Shown here: one piece after another, positions 6,629 through 15,902 of the stretch | How the letters are laid out: the number at the start of each line of letters is the position of its first letter | Numbering within the stretch: position 1 is the first letter of the stretch | IMG/VR virus record: IMGVR_UViG_3300020043_002559 | Coordinates: 1 to 27,028 of that record | From: a virus | Lineage: Duplodnaviria > Caudoviricetes | Length of the DNA: 27,028 bases | Strand: one strand, 5' to 3' | Notes under the pieces: model-generated | What the model was told of the DNA's origin: nothing | Databases searched by the model: none | Seen by the model: the letters and a program-made list of their open reading frames with translations, nothing else | Position numbers and translations under genes: made by a program

Positions 6629-7298
6629 CGGCCACCTCCTGCGTCTCGACAGCGGTGGTCTCGGAGACAGGCACAACCGGATTGATGATAGGAGGCAGCT
6701 CATGCGGCTGGATCTCAACCTTCGGCTCCAGCTTGCTGCGGAAGATTGGGCGGGACGGCGTGACGTTGACGCTGACAGACGGAGCGGCTTCCTCCTCATC
6801 CGAGATGCCAGAGAATCCAAACGCGATCCGAGCGCATTGGATCAACGCTTTGTGTCGAAGCATCCGTCGCGGATTGACCTTCCACGGCTCGGTGTTGCGG
6901 GAGCATTCCGAGAAGTACTCGGTGACCTCCACCGGACGGCTGCGGTCTTTGAGGTAGATCGTCGCGGTTACGCTGAACGGCTTGCCGTCTTTGTCTTCGG
7001 TCTTGAACTGGATGCCGTCGAACTGCGGATGACGGTTCATCAACTTGATCCAGCCGTCCACCGAGACGACCGGATTGATCCCGCCGGATCGTCCGGGAAA
7101 TGCGTAAATCTCCTTTGTGAACGGGTTCAGATCGTACTGGTTGGCGGTCACCACAAACGCCAGAAGCTCCTCATTGGAAGCCTTCGGCATCAGAGTCGCG
7201 CGCAAAGTCTCCAGCAGCTTCGGAGGCTCAACGCTGAACTTGCTTGCCATGACCGCGAGCGCGGACTGCTTTTGGGTCGGAATTAGTTCTTTGCTCAT
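6621..7298 (-). CDS. bet: Single-strand annealing recombinase, lambda Bet/RecT family
   Basis: ANQYDLNPFTKEIYAFP...PVVSVDGW...HPQFDG...PW...PRRMLRHKALIQCARIAFGFSGI. Start at MSKELIP (7298). Confidence 0.95.
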   Translation of the reverse strand: MSKELIPTQKQSALAVMASKFSVEPPKLLETLRATLMPKASNEELLAFVVTANQYDLNPFTKEIYAFPGRSGGINPVVSVDGWIKLMNRHPQFDGIQFKTEDKDGKPFSVTATIYLKDRSRPVEVTEYFSECSRNTEPWKVNPRRMLRHKALIQCARIAFGFSGISDEEEAAPSVSVNVTPSRPIFRSKLEPKVEIQPHELPPIINPVVPVSETTAVETQEVAGE

Positions 7299-7437
7299 TG
7301 GACTTTCTCGGCCTTCCACCGCGAGCGCCGTTTTGGCGAGCGATTTCGGCCTTTTTCTGCGACCGGACTTGCCCCATCTCCACCGCGATGTCGCGGCGGC
7401 TTGCGGCAAAAATGGAGTTGCAGACGGGGCATTTCAT
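7228..7437 (-). CDS. Small basic protein with CxxC and NGARGGRPRK (AT-hook-like) motif
   Basis: MKCPVCNSIF...SQKKAEIARQNGARGGRPRK. First ORF after the promoter at 7478. Confidence 0.6.
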   Translation of the reverse strand: MKCPVCNSIFAASRRDIAVEMGQVRSQKKAEIARQNGARGGRPRKSNEQRTNSDPKAVRARGHGKQVQR

Positions 7438-7449
7438 CGGTCGGCCCCC

Positions 7450-7478
7450 ATAAAAACCCAACGTTGGGTTTTGGTCAA
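7450..7478 (-). promoter_or_regulatory. Promoter with a perfect 20-bp palindromic operator (copy 1)
   Basis: TTGACC followed by AAAACCCAACGTTGGGTTTT (7453-7472). The -35 overlaps the stop codon of the last tail gene. Confidence 0.65.
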
Positions 7479-10183
7479 GCTCCAAGCTCGTTGGGGAGTC
7501 TCAAGTCGATGTACCGGATCGCTCGGAAAAGCTGTGTCCCTCCAGCCTCATGCGAAGCCATTTGCGTTGTGTCTCCGGTGCCGTAGGCGCGAACTGGAAC
7601 GAATTGAGTCCCTGCGACATCGACGGTCTCGTCCCCAAACAAGACCTGATTGTTGCAGTCGAAATTGTACGATGAGAACCCCTGTCGGGTTGAGTAGGTC
7701 GCAAGCTCGTACGCGCTGACGACGTAGTAATCCAGAGCGGTGACCGGATCGAAGAGCTTCTTCGCTTGGATGCCGTTGGCAATCAGCGAGTCGTACTGCG
7801 ACTCAGTAAGCCACAGAGAAGGGCCTTCGGAGGTCATCGAAGTGACCCAAAGGTCTCGCGGGTAAAAGTCTCCAAAGTTGGTCGGCTGCAACGCTCCTCC
7901 AGCGTCGAACGCAAAGAGCGGGAAGTTGTCGTTCCCAAGACCTCTCGGCACCGCTCGTGTCCAGCCTCTGACCTGCGACTCCAAGAGGTTCCAAAGAAAC
8001 GCGCTCTTGGGAATCTTGTGGTAGAAAGGTCCGCCTCCGGCTCCCGTCTGAGTCGTGTCGTTGGATGCAATGAACGGCCACTCAAAATAGGTGTCCGCAA
8101 CGAATCGGATCTCTGCAATCTCGGCTTGCTCGGAAGTGCTGACCGGCGGCTGAGTCACCCACGGGCAGAGAGAAGCCATGGCGGCCGTGTTTTGATCGTA
8201 AAAGACATCATCGACTGCACCCGTACTTTGAACCGTCTTGTTAGGCTGACCAAGAATGCGGACAGAGGCATCAACGCCACCTTTGCCGCCCCACTTGTTG
8301 ATCCAGAAGTCGGACCCGAAGACTCCGGTGAGCGCCGGACTTGCCGGATTGGTGGTCAGCACTCGCTGGAGGTTTGGATCAAAGACGCTGCTGGAGAAAC
8401 CCCACGGGCCACCGAGCGGCACATACCCACAGTTGATCGCTGGCTTAGATGCCGGAAAATTTGAGTCAGTCGAAATCTGCGGGAAAACGTGACCGTACCA
8501 ACCGCTGACGTTGCTCGGTTGCGTCAGCAGATAAGTCTTGTTGCTGGAGCAGTACCGGCTGTTCAAGTAAATACCAGATCCGAACCCCGCTTCTCTAACA
8601 GTAGTTCTCAACTCCATTGAGTTTGCGGATCTCTCATAGTCAGGAATTAGCGAGAACGCGTTGGCATCATAAACTGTGATATCCTGACTGGATGCCGCTT
8701 GGCACATAAGCCCAAGAGGCGTCAGAGAAACAAGACTTACCTTCTCTTCTGGAATATCAGTAACATCATCAAAGTTGCCGATGAATCCTTCCTCAACAGC
8801 AATGCGACGACGCAATGTCCTTATGTTCTCAAGCCAAGAAGGCTCATTGCCACCAATCCAAGATTTTGCTGCAAACGGATTTGAGTTGTCCTGCGTGTAA
8901 TATCTCAGAGGATACGCAATGTCAAAATACCCAACCGTCGGAGTGATTAGCCAGTAAGGATTGTTGGGCGTAAAAAATACGTTGCAATCTATTGGGTAAA
9001 TCTTGATGGCTGTATTCGGAAGCTTGCTTGATAGCTCAAGAGAAGTGCCGTTGATAGTCACATTGACTCCAACAGCCTCAAGATTTTGGACAAACGATGC
9101 GGAGCTTTGAAAGATCTTGAAGTAATCTTGCGATACGATGTTTGTCGTTGTGTTGTAGACAGTTACTCGCGCTCTGCCCCATGTGAATATGCAGTCACCA
9201 ATGATCGTGTTGGCTTCCGTTGGATCTGCGTACTCAGGATACATCTGCCGCAGATTGAGACCGAGCAAACCATCAACCCAAGAGTCCAACGCTCTCATCC
9301 ATTGGGTCAGGATGAATGGGTTGGCAACATTGTTTGCCTTCGCTGACCGCTCCAGACAGACGGCCAGAGAATCGAGCTGACCATACATGGGCGGACCGCC
9401 AGCAAAATAGGGAACGTCTCCGGTGAAATATGGGAAGAAGTAATAACACGCAGAGCCGTTCGGCCAAGTCGTTGCCCATGTCCCATCACTCCTGCGTCGG
9501 AAGGATCGGCATCCTTTGGCTGCAATGTACTCCCGTTGAGCAGATCCGTCTGGCAATTGCAATCTTACCTCAATACTTTTCCTGCCGAAATTGTGGACTC
9601 TCCAGCAATCATATCGCTGGTAGCTGTTCAAGATGCTGAATGTCGTTAGACCTTCAATCCTGATTTCCGCGACAGCCAGCTTGTGTTTATGAATGCGACC
9701 GGGAGGCAATGTTGGAACAGAACCTATGTCGTCAAAGTATTGTCTGACATAAGACGACAAGCCCGTGTTTGGACTGTCCCAACCCAAGTGAACATCGTAG
9801 TCAATGCCGTTGATGTTTCGCTTGTGTAGCTTGAAGCTCTTCTGGATTGACGCTATGTCGCAAAATGTTCCATCAAAAGATGCGACGTATGTATCAACAA
9901 ATACCTCACCTGCGACGGGATCAATCTGCTTGTTCTCTAACTTGGATAACTCAATCTCAATCTTTGTATCACTAGCGGTCTGTCCGGTTATGTAAAAGCT
10001 GGTATCCGGATCAACGCAATAATCATAAAGAACTCCTGACGGAATGTTTCCAGTACCGTATCCACAAGCAAAAGGAGTCTTGCCATCAAAGACCCGAGCA
10101 ACCTTTTGATCGAACCGAGCATACAACCCGTTGAGATTGTCTGCCGTCCACATTCGATCCTTCCGATCAATTGCGACGGGCAT
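7475..10183 (-). CDS. Large tail-tip / host-recognition protein (putative)
   Basis: 902 aa, last gene of the tail module, rich in aromatic, Gly, Asn, Thr and Ser residues. Function is inferred from position only. Confidence 0.6.
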   Translation of the reverse strand: MPVAIDRKDRMWTADNLNGLYARFDQKVARVFDGKTPFACGYGTGNIPSGVLYDYCVDPDTSFYITGQTASDTKIEIELSKLENKQIDPVAGEVFVDTYVASFDGTFCDIASIQKSFKLHKRNINGIDYDVHLGWDSPNTGLSSYVRQYFDDIGSVPTLPPGRIHKHKLAVAEIRIEGLTTFSILNSYQRYDCWRVHNFGRKSIEVRLQLPDGSAQREYIAAKGCRSFRRRSDGTWATTWPNGSACYYFFPYFTGDVPYFAGGPPMYGQLDSLAVCLERSAKANNVANPFILTQWMRALDSWVDGLLGLNLRQMYPEYADPTEANTIIGDCIFTWGRARVTVYNTTTNIVSQDYFKIFQSSASFVQNLEAVGVNVTINGTSLELSSKLPNTAIKIYPIDCNVFFTPNNPYWLITPTVGYFDIAYPLRYYTQDNSNPFAAKSWIGGNEPSWLENIRTLRRRIAVEEGFIGNFDDVTDIPEEKVSLVSLTPLGLMCQAASSQDITVYDANAFSLIPDYERSANSMELRTTVREAGFGSGIYLNSRYCSSNKTYLLTQPSNVSGWYGHVFPQISTDSNFPASKPAINCGYVPLGGPWGFSSSVFDPNLQRVLTTNPASPALTGVFGSDFWINKWGGKGGVDASVRILGQPNKTVQSTGAVDDVFYDQNTAAMASLCPWVTQPPVSTSEQAEIAEIRFVADTYFEWPFIASNDTTQTGAGGGPFYHKIPKSAFLWNLLESQVRGWTRAVPRGLGNDNFPLFAFDAGGALQPTNFGDFYPRDLWVTSMTSEGPSLWLTESQYDSLIANGIQAKKLFDPVTALDYYVVSAYELATYSTRQGFSSYNFDCNNQVLFGDETVDVAGTQFVPVRAYGTGDTTQMASHEAGGTQLFRAIRYIDLRLPNELGA

Positions 10184-10186
10184 AGC

Positions 10187-10402
10187 TCAATAGAACCAAG
10201 AGTCTTCGGATGTCTGGACAACGGTCTTGCCAGCGGGTTGACGGATCTTCAGGACCGTCCCGTTTGGCGTTTGCTCAATGGCTTGATCCGGTCCAGCGAC
10301 AAGCTGGATCTTGCGAACCGCTTCGATCAACTGATTGATCGTGCGAGCGTGATCCGCATTGACTCCCTTTTCAGCAAGCTTTCTTGGTAGCGAGACAGCC
10401 AT
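10187..10402 (-). CDS. Small tail-associated protein
   Basis: 71 aa (INQLIEAVRKIQLVAGP...EQTPNGTVL), tightly packed in the tail module. Confidence 0.65.
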   Translation of the reverse strand: MAVSLPRKLAEKGVNADHARTINQLIEAVRKIQLVAGPDQAIEQTPNGTVLKIRQPAGKTVVQTSEDSWFY

Positions 10403-10758
10403 TAGATCTCACAGAATTGGGCAAAGATTTTGCAGGTGCTGTTCAGAGCCATAACGTACAACGTCGCATTGACTCTCGGCAGCAAGATGAACTCTCGCGG
10501 CGGGATCTCAAACTCAAACGGTGAAGCCGTGCCGACCTTCACGCTGTTTTGAAGGTCCATGTTGTAAATCAAGACTTTGTAAGGAGTCGCAAGATCAGCG
10601 GTCAGATCCAGCGTTTCCTGCGTAGTCCCAACGTCCTGCGTCTGCTGTCCCATGTCTCGCCCCGTCATGTTGACGACAGCGGTCCATGTCTGCGGATTGA
10701 TGCTCGCCCCATCTTTTGCGGCATAGAGCCGAGCAGACATTTCGATCTCGTTTGCCAT
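10402..10758 (-). CDS. Virion structural protein, paralog B
   Basis: 118 aa, clearly homologous to the neighbouring 124-aa ORF. Confidence 0.75.
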   Translation of the reverse strand: MANEIEMSARLYAAKDGASINPQTWTAVVNMTGRDMGQQTQDVGTTQETLDLTADLATPYKVLIYNMDLQNSVKVGTASPFEFEIPPREFILLPRVNATLYVMALNSTCKIFAQFCEI

Positions 10759-10769
10759 AGGTCGTTAGG

Positions 10770-11144
10770 TTAGATCTCGCAGAAGGTCGCTTGAATCGTC
10801 ACGTTGGATGTGTTGGCGATCAAATACAGCGACGTATTGATGTACGGAATCAGCATCGTCTCGCCAGCCGGAAGGCGCATCGTGCCAGCACCAGCAGCGA
10901 AGCCGCTCGTAAACGACAGCTCAACGTAGTTGGTGGAGTCGAGGTTGGAGATCAGCAGCTTGTAAGGACTAGTGACATCAACAGGAACATCAAGCGTCTC
11001 AGAAGCTCCGGTGCCGATGAGTTGGGTCTGGCTGCCCATATCGGTGCCAACCATCGTTGCGCTTTTGGTGTAAGTAACGGCGGGGAGATACGCACCGTTC
11101 TTGCTCGCATAGAGGCGAGCGGTCATCTGGATTTCGTCGGCCAT
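10770..11144 (-). CDS. Virion structural protein, paralog A
   Basis: 124 aa, beta-rich, with AC-rich leader CCTAACACAAC-ATG. Confidence 0.75.
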   Translation of the reverse strand: MADEIQMTARLYASKNGAYLPAVTYTKSATMVGTDMGSQTQLIGTGASETLDVPVDVTSPYKLLISNLDSTNYVELSFTSGFAAGAGTMRLPAGETMLIPYINTSLYLIANTSNVTIQATFCEI

Positions 11145-11150
11145 GTTGTG

Positions 11151-12083
11151 TTAGGTTGTGGGGTTGTAAGGATATGCGAAAAGATCCCAAGCGGCAAACG
11201 TCCAAGTCTCGTTGCGCTCAACTTGGTTTGTCTTGATGAGCAACGAAGTTGAATCGTTGGTCTTTAGCCAAGACCATACGGTGCCATCAGGTGTAAGGTT
11301 TGGATCAACCGGAGGTCTCGGCATCACCAAACGGACGGACTCCGGAAATCCGTTTCGAGACGCCAGAATGTCACCGGAATAGACCGCAGAAATGATCGGA
11401 GGCGTTGCTGGAAGACCGTTACGAGCCGAGAAGGACGAGATCCGAGTCAGGCTGACGCGAGAGGTCTGGAATGAGTCTTGGCCTCTGGAAAACTTGATAA
11501 CAAGTTGATGAGCAAGCGGAAATTGGCTTTCTGGAAAAATGTTTGCCGGTGTAGTCACCCCGCCCACGGTGACTTGATTGAGCTTGTTATTTTTCGGATC
11601 TTCACCCGCAAGCTTGATCGCGGCATAGTAGTCAGCCTCCGTAATGTTGATGCTTGAATATGTCTGAACCCACTTTTTCGCTTCCGCTCTGACATACGGA
11701 AGCGCAAATAACGATGCGTCGATGTACTCGGTGCGGAACTCAAACCGAGTCGATGGCTCCTCTTCTTCTGGAACTACAGGAGCGGTCGGATTGTTTGGAT
11801 CAATTTGAGAGCCAGCAAAAGTGACAGTCGCTTCGGAATACGGTCCATCTTCGTTGATCTGATACTTGCCACCAGCGGCAACCCAATCCGCAGAAGCCGC
11901 TCTGAGAGCATCTTTGCTTCCGCGATACTTGTATGTGATGTAACGGCCAGTCCCATCCCCATTCTGGTATTGCCTACTGACTTCCGTGTAAGCAAGACCA
12001 CCGATTGAACTGTAGAAGACTGGCTCTGGTGCTGGTGTACCAATCCGAACCGGAAACAGCGTTGATGTTTTGATCGTTGCCAT
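11151..12083 (-). CDS. Tail protein following the tape measure (distal-tail-like)
   Basis: ~310 aa from MATIKTS. Function is inferred from position. Confidence 0.6.
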   Translation of the reverse strand: MATIKTSTLFPVRIGTPAPEPVFYSSIGGLAYTEVSRQYQNGDGTGRYITYKYRGSKDALRAASADWVAAGGKYQINEDGPYSEATVTFAGSQIDPNNPTAPVVPEEEEPSTRFEFRTEYIDASLFALPYVRAEAKKWVQTYSSINITEADYYAAIKLAGEDPKNNKLNQVTVGGVTTPANIFPESQFPLAHQLVIKFSRGQDSFQTSRVSLTRISSFSARNGLPATPPIISAVYSGDILASRNGFPESVRLVMPRPPVDPNLTPDGTVWSWLKTNDSTSLLIKTNQVERNETWTFAAWDLFAYPYNPTT

Positions 12084-12084
12084 A

Positions 12085-13155
12085 TCAATCAACCAGCGTG
12101 TCTGCGGTCCTCTTGGTGTTCTGTGAAATCACCTTCAACTGCAACGTTTGTTCGACCGCTTGTTTGATAAGTGAATCCTGTGCGGTCTGGAATCCAGTAA
12201 ATCCACCGATTCTAGCCAAAGGATCTTGTGAGCCACCAAGAGCAAACTTTTCTCCCTTTATTGCTGATAACATCAATTCGGGAGGGATAAATCTGTCTCC
12301 AGCTTTTCCGGTTAGTCCTGATTTGGTTGCTGTTTCTCCGGAATCCTTTGAAAGTAATCGAGATTTATCAGAAGCAAGATCCAGAGCAACTGTTGCCGGA
12401 ATGGATGAGATCAAAGATGCGGCCCTGAGAGCCTTTCCGGTTTGAGTCAGATTGAACAAACTGAAAGCCAAATCCATAATGTTGTAAGCAGATTTGGCTG
12501 CTGCAACAGATTGAACCTGTGTCTTTTTTATCAACAAATCCATCTGATCGTTGAACTTCTCAATGTTCTTGATGTCTTCAGCTTTGAACAAATCAATTGG
12601 ACCCAAGTCTTTGATTGTTCCTGCCGCCATTGCAGCTTTTACAAGCTTCAAGCCGAGAAGGTCAACCGCTGCCGACATCATAACGGCGTTGTTGCGATTG
12701 GCGTTGAGCTTTTCTCCCAATGCAACTAAGACCTCTTCGCTCCCAAGAGTTCTTTCAGAAAGCTTCTCAACTGTAAACCCGAGACGTTCAAAAGCGGCTC
12801 TCTGTGCGCCCTCATTCGCAATTGCTTGCGTTCTTGCGTCGTTGATTCGGTTGATCGCTGACGCAACAGCTTCAAATTGGACTCCGTAAAGCTTTGATGC
12901 CATTTGCAGTTTCTGAACATCGTCGGTCGAAATGTTCAATTGATCTGCAAGCTCTCCGACAGCATCCGCTGCATGAACGACCGATCTGGCAAATCCTGTG
13001 ATTGCTGCAACAGACAACGCTTGCCCAAGACGACTTGTGACAGCTGACTTGAAGTTGTTTCCGAACTTCTCTCCAAGCGACTGCATCCGCTTGAGACTCA
13101 ACTCAAATGCAGTCGAATCCACGCCGATCTTGAACAGCATTGAGAGGATGCCCAT
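12085..13155 (-). CDS. Tape measure protein (short, 356 aa)
   Basis: MGILSMLFKIGVDSTAF N-terminus, ELADQLNISTDDVQKLQ and AFERLG motifs, Ala/Leu-rich helical. Follows the tail tube and chaperone genes. Confidence 0.8.
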   Translation of the reverse strand: MGILSMLFKIGVDSTAFELSLKRMQSLGEKFGNNFKSAVTSRLGQALSVAAITGFARSVVHAADAVGELADQLNISTDDVQKLQMASKLYGVQFEAVASAINRINDARTQAIANEGAQRAAFERLGFTVEKLSERTLGSEEVLVALGEKLNANRNNAVMMSAAVDLLGLKLVKAAMAAGTIKDLGPIDLFKAEDIKNIEKFNDQMDLLIKKTQVQSVAAAKSAYNIMDLAFSLFNLTQTGKALRAASLISSIPATVALDLASDKSRLLSKDSGETATKSGLTGKAGDRFIPPELMLSAIKGEKFALGGSQDPLARIGGFTGFQTAQDSLIKQAVEQTLQLKVISQNTKRTADTLVD

Positions 13156-13156
13156 A

Positions 13157-13708
13157 TCAGTTGTCTCTCTGGCTCTGCCAAATGGCTTCGGCGTTGTCGT
13201 CCCAAAGCTCGGCCTGACCATGCATTTCCGCATGGGCCAAGATCAAGCGTTCAGCATCCCCAATCGGTAGTTTGATAGCGTCGTCGGCATCAATGCCGAT
13301 GTTGACGCATCCGACAAGCACTCGTTCGGGCCATGGCATCGCTGGCCTCTTGGACTGCTTGCCGCTTTCCATCAAGACCTCCGGAGCGGTTGACTGCTCG
13401 TTGAGCCACAGTTGGAAGGTCTGTGATTCCTTCAATAAATCGAGTCTGGCAATGCGCTTGCCCCACAACCATAGAGCAAGATCACGCCAGACGGACTTGA
13501 TTGATTTGATCGACTCAAGCGGCGGCTGAGAGCAAACCACAACAGCCTCCACCAGATCGTTTGGAGTAATCTGTCCGCCCAACACATATGGTGAGCGAAG
13601 ACGTTGCAGGACTATCGCGTGACCAAGCGTGTATGGCACAAGCTGAACCCCAAGCACCAAAGGCGCTTGAGGTCCGGTCTCTGCGAGAATCTTTGCAAGA
13701 TCGGACAC
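13157..13708 (-). CDS. Tail assembly chaperone (putative)
   Basis: 183 aa between the tail tube and the tape measure. Confidence 0.6.
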   Translation of the reverse strand: MSDLAKILAETGPQAPLVLGVQLVPYTLGHAIVLQRLRSPYVLGGQITPNDLVEAVVVCSQPPLESIKSIKSVWRDLALWLWGKRIARLDLLKESQTFQLWLNEQSTAPEVLMESGKQSKRPAMPWPERVLVGCVNIGIDADDAIKLPIGDAERLILAHAEMHGQAELWDDNAEAIWQSQRDN

Positions 13709-13711
13709 AGA

Positions 13712-14176
13712 TTACAGCGTGAACACGGTAGCGGTTCCACCCAGCGAAGGATACTTGGTCACGGTGATGGTCACCATGCACTTGCCGGAAGCCGTGAACT
13801 TGACGCTGCCGCCGCCGGAATAAACGTAATCACCATCAAGCGAAACGCCACCGTATGTGGTCGCATCGGTCGAAGCAATCGTGACATACCCGTTGACGGC
13901 AGGAAGGCTCGCAGCCGTCTTTGCGGCGGCAAAGTCAGTACCTGACGGAATAAACGTCACGTTGAGGCTGATGCGCTCGTTGGCGGAGACCTGAGCGACG
14001 ACCTCACCGGCAGAGTTCTTGATCTGCTCAACGTCCGCTTCATGCGTGACATCGTAGCTCTCAATGGTCGTGATGACGCCAGAAAGCGCCGTGCCGGGAG
14101 CCGCGCCAGTTTGATTGTAAAGACGGATGGTTCCCTTAGAGCCATAGACTAGTCCGAGTCCTTTTGAAGTAGCCAT
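13712..14176 (-). CDS. Major tail tube protein (putative)
   Basis: 154 aa, Thr/Gly/Ser/Ala-rich beta protein with an AC-rich leader. Follows the tail terminator. Confidence 0.7.
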   Translation of the reverse strand: MATSKGLGLVYGSKGTIRLYNQTGAAPGTALSGVITTIESYDVTHEADVEQIKNSAGEVVAQVSANERISLNVTFIPSGTDFAAAKTAASLPAVNGYVTIASTDATTYGGVSLDGDYVYSGGGSVKFTASGKCMVTITVTKYPSLGGTATVFTL

Positions 14177-14188
14177 GTTGGTTGTGTT

Positions 14189-14671
14189 TTACGAGTTTGC
14201 TGCTGCGAAAAGTGTCATGGTGCGCGTGAATGTTCTAGCCCTTTCGCTTGTATCACTCACGCCAAAATCTACAGGAACCGCGAACTGAGCATCAAAGCCG
14301 CCATATGGGCTGTCATCGCCAGCACTCAATTCGCTGACGTTATCGTCAACAAACAGATACTGAAGCAAGTCCTCAAAGACTTGAACGGTCTTGAGCAGAT
14401 TGTTCTCAGTCGTGTCATCAGCCGAAATCTGCAACACCGCAGACAGGTCGATCTCGCAAGTCCGATCAATCGGATGAACCGGAACCGTGGACGATGCTCT
14501 TACAATGATCCGTGGAAAATCCGGCATCTGATCTTCGCGGTCAAAGTCCGTAAAAGCGCCGTGACCATAGCTCGTCAAACAAGTCGGAGTTCCGGTGCCG
14601 GATGCGCTCCAGTCTTGAGCCGCCAGCCAATCGGCCAACGCTCTCTCGGCTCTAAGTGCGACGGCGTTCAT
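14189..14671 (-). CDS. Tail terminator / tail completion protein (putative)
   Basis: Acidic 160 aa with a FPRIIV motif, in the canonical position before the tail tube. Confidence 0.6.
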   Translation of the reverse strand: MNAVALRAERALADWLAAQDWSASGTGTPTCLTSYGHGAFTDFDREDQMPDFPRIIVRASSTVPVHPIDRTCEIDLSAVLQISADDTTENNLLKTVQVFEDLLQYLFVDDNVSELSAGDDSPYGGFDAQFAVPVDFGVSDTSERARTFTRTMTLFAAANS

Positions 14672-15450
14672 TTGACGACAACTCCAAGTTTCTCAAGCCC
14701 ATCAGCGGCTTGTTCCAGTTTCGCTTGAATGTGCAGAGACATTTCACGCGCTTCATCATCATAGGCTTTTTGCATCGCCTTTGAGTAGATCGACTCGACG
14801 TTGCCGATCTGATTGTCCGCAAGTCCAATGTTCATGCGAACGTGAGTGTATGGATTGATCGAAGGCCGCGCCCAATATGCGTAGGCGCTGCTCCCGCGAT
14901 GTACCGAGACATTCTCCTGCGGCAATCCGTATTGGTTTGCCAGATTTATGAGAGCTTGATTGCCGGACACGATCCGCACTTGAGCGGAGCCCTTCTTTGC
15001 TCGTCGGGTTCCACCGAATTGCTGAAAGCTCGGAGACAGCTTTTTGATGGCTTTGACGACGGCGCTCTTGAGATAGCCAACGCTGCCAGCAGCGCGGCGA
15101 CGTAGGCTCGCAGCGGCAAGCCTCATCTCTCTGCCGTAGAGTCCCGGCTTGCCTTCCTTCCGGTTCTTGGCTTGAGCGATCAGATGAACCAACCGAAGCT
15201 GCCGAGACCTTCCAACACGCTTTCCGGTCTTCTTATCAAAGCGAGCCTCACCAATCGGTCGATTGAAGTAATCAAGAATTTTGTTCCGAGCGGCTTGCGG
15301 ACTCTTGGGCGGAAGCAAGATGTACATCCGCAGCATCAAGAAAAACGTCCGCGAGTTGATTGCCTCAGACAATGAGCGTCGGCTCTGCGCGAGATAGATC
15401 CTCCACGCAGCGTCGAAGTTTCGAGTGTCAACCGTGATCGTGGGCCTCAT
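14668..15450 (-). CDS. Neck / tail completion protein (HK97 gp10-like position)
   Basis: Very basic 260 aa between the head-closure and terminator genes. Confidence 0.55.
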   Translation of the reverse strand: MRPTITVDTRNFDAAWRIYLAQSRRSLSEAINSRTFFLMLRMYILLPPKSPQAARNKILDYFNRPIGEARFDKKTGKRVGRSRQLRLVHLIAQAKNRKEGKPGLYGREMRLAAASLRRRAAGSVGYLKSAVVKAIKKLSPSFQQFGGTRRAKKGSAQVRIVSGNQALINLANQYGLPQENVSVHRGSSAYAYWARPSINPYTHVRMNIGLADNQIGNVESIYSKAMQKAYDDEAREMSLHIQAKLEQAADGLEKLGVVVK

Positions 15451-15902
15451 TTGGTCTTGGCCCCAAGCTCAAGCGCATAGTAAGCGCCCGAGCCATCGCG
15501 TTTGGCGGACATTATCCGAAGCTGGCGTCCATCATAGGTGACCAGACGGCCAACCACCGGAATCATCCTGCCAAATGAAATCAGGATGCGGTCGGTGTTT
15601 TCTTGGAACAGAAGACCGCCGTTTTCCTGCAAGAGCCGGTCGGCGTTTGACCCAACATCCGCACTCCACACAGTCGCGTCCACGGTGACCAAAGTGCTGT
15701 CAGCAAGACGCCAGTCCGAGAACTTGACCAAGATACGCGCTTGAACATTGTCTTGGAAGCCACCGGAGATGACCGAGTTTGTGTCCGTGATTGCAGCCGG
15801 AAGGCATCGGACAAGCTGACCCTGCCAGATGAACGACGGATTTCCCATCGCCCCCTGAAGGACGCTCATCCCAAGCTGAAGGCTGGTTGCAATCAGGTTC
15901 AC
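15447..15902 (-). CDS. Head closure / head-tail adaptor (gpFII-like) with internal insert
   Basis: 151 aa with a C-terminal P.VG..VTYDG...RI.....D pattern and the expected position. Confidence 0.55.
   Translation of the reverse strand: MNLIATSLQLGMSVLQGAMGNPSFIWQGQLVRCLPAAITDTNSVISGGFQDNVQARILVKFSDWRLADSTLVTVDATVWSADVGSNADRLLQENGGLLFQENTDRILISFGRMIPVVGRLVTYDGRQLRIMSAKRDGSGAYYALELGAKTK

Noticed and set aside
6629-7409. Long N-terminal extensions given by the ORF track for the exonuclease (6820) and bet (7409); likewise TMP (13233)
   Set aside because: They overlap neighbouring genes and precede the family-typical N-termini. The shorter coupled starts fit better.
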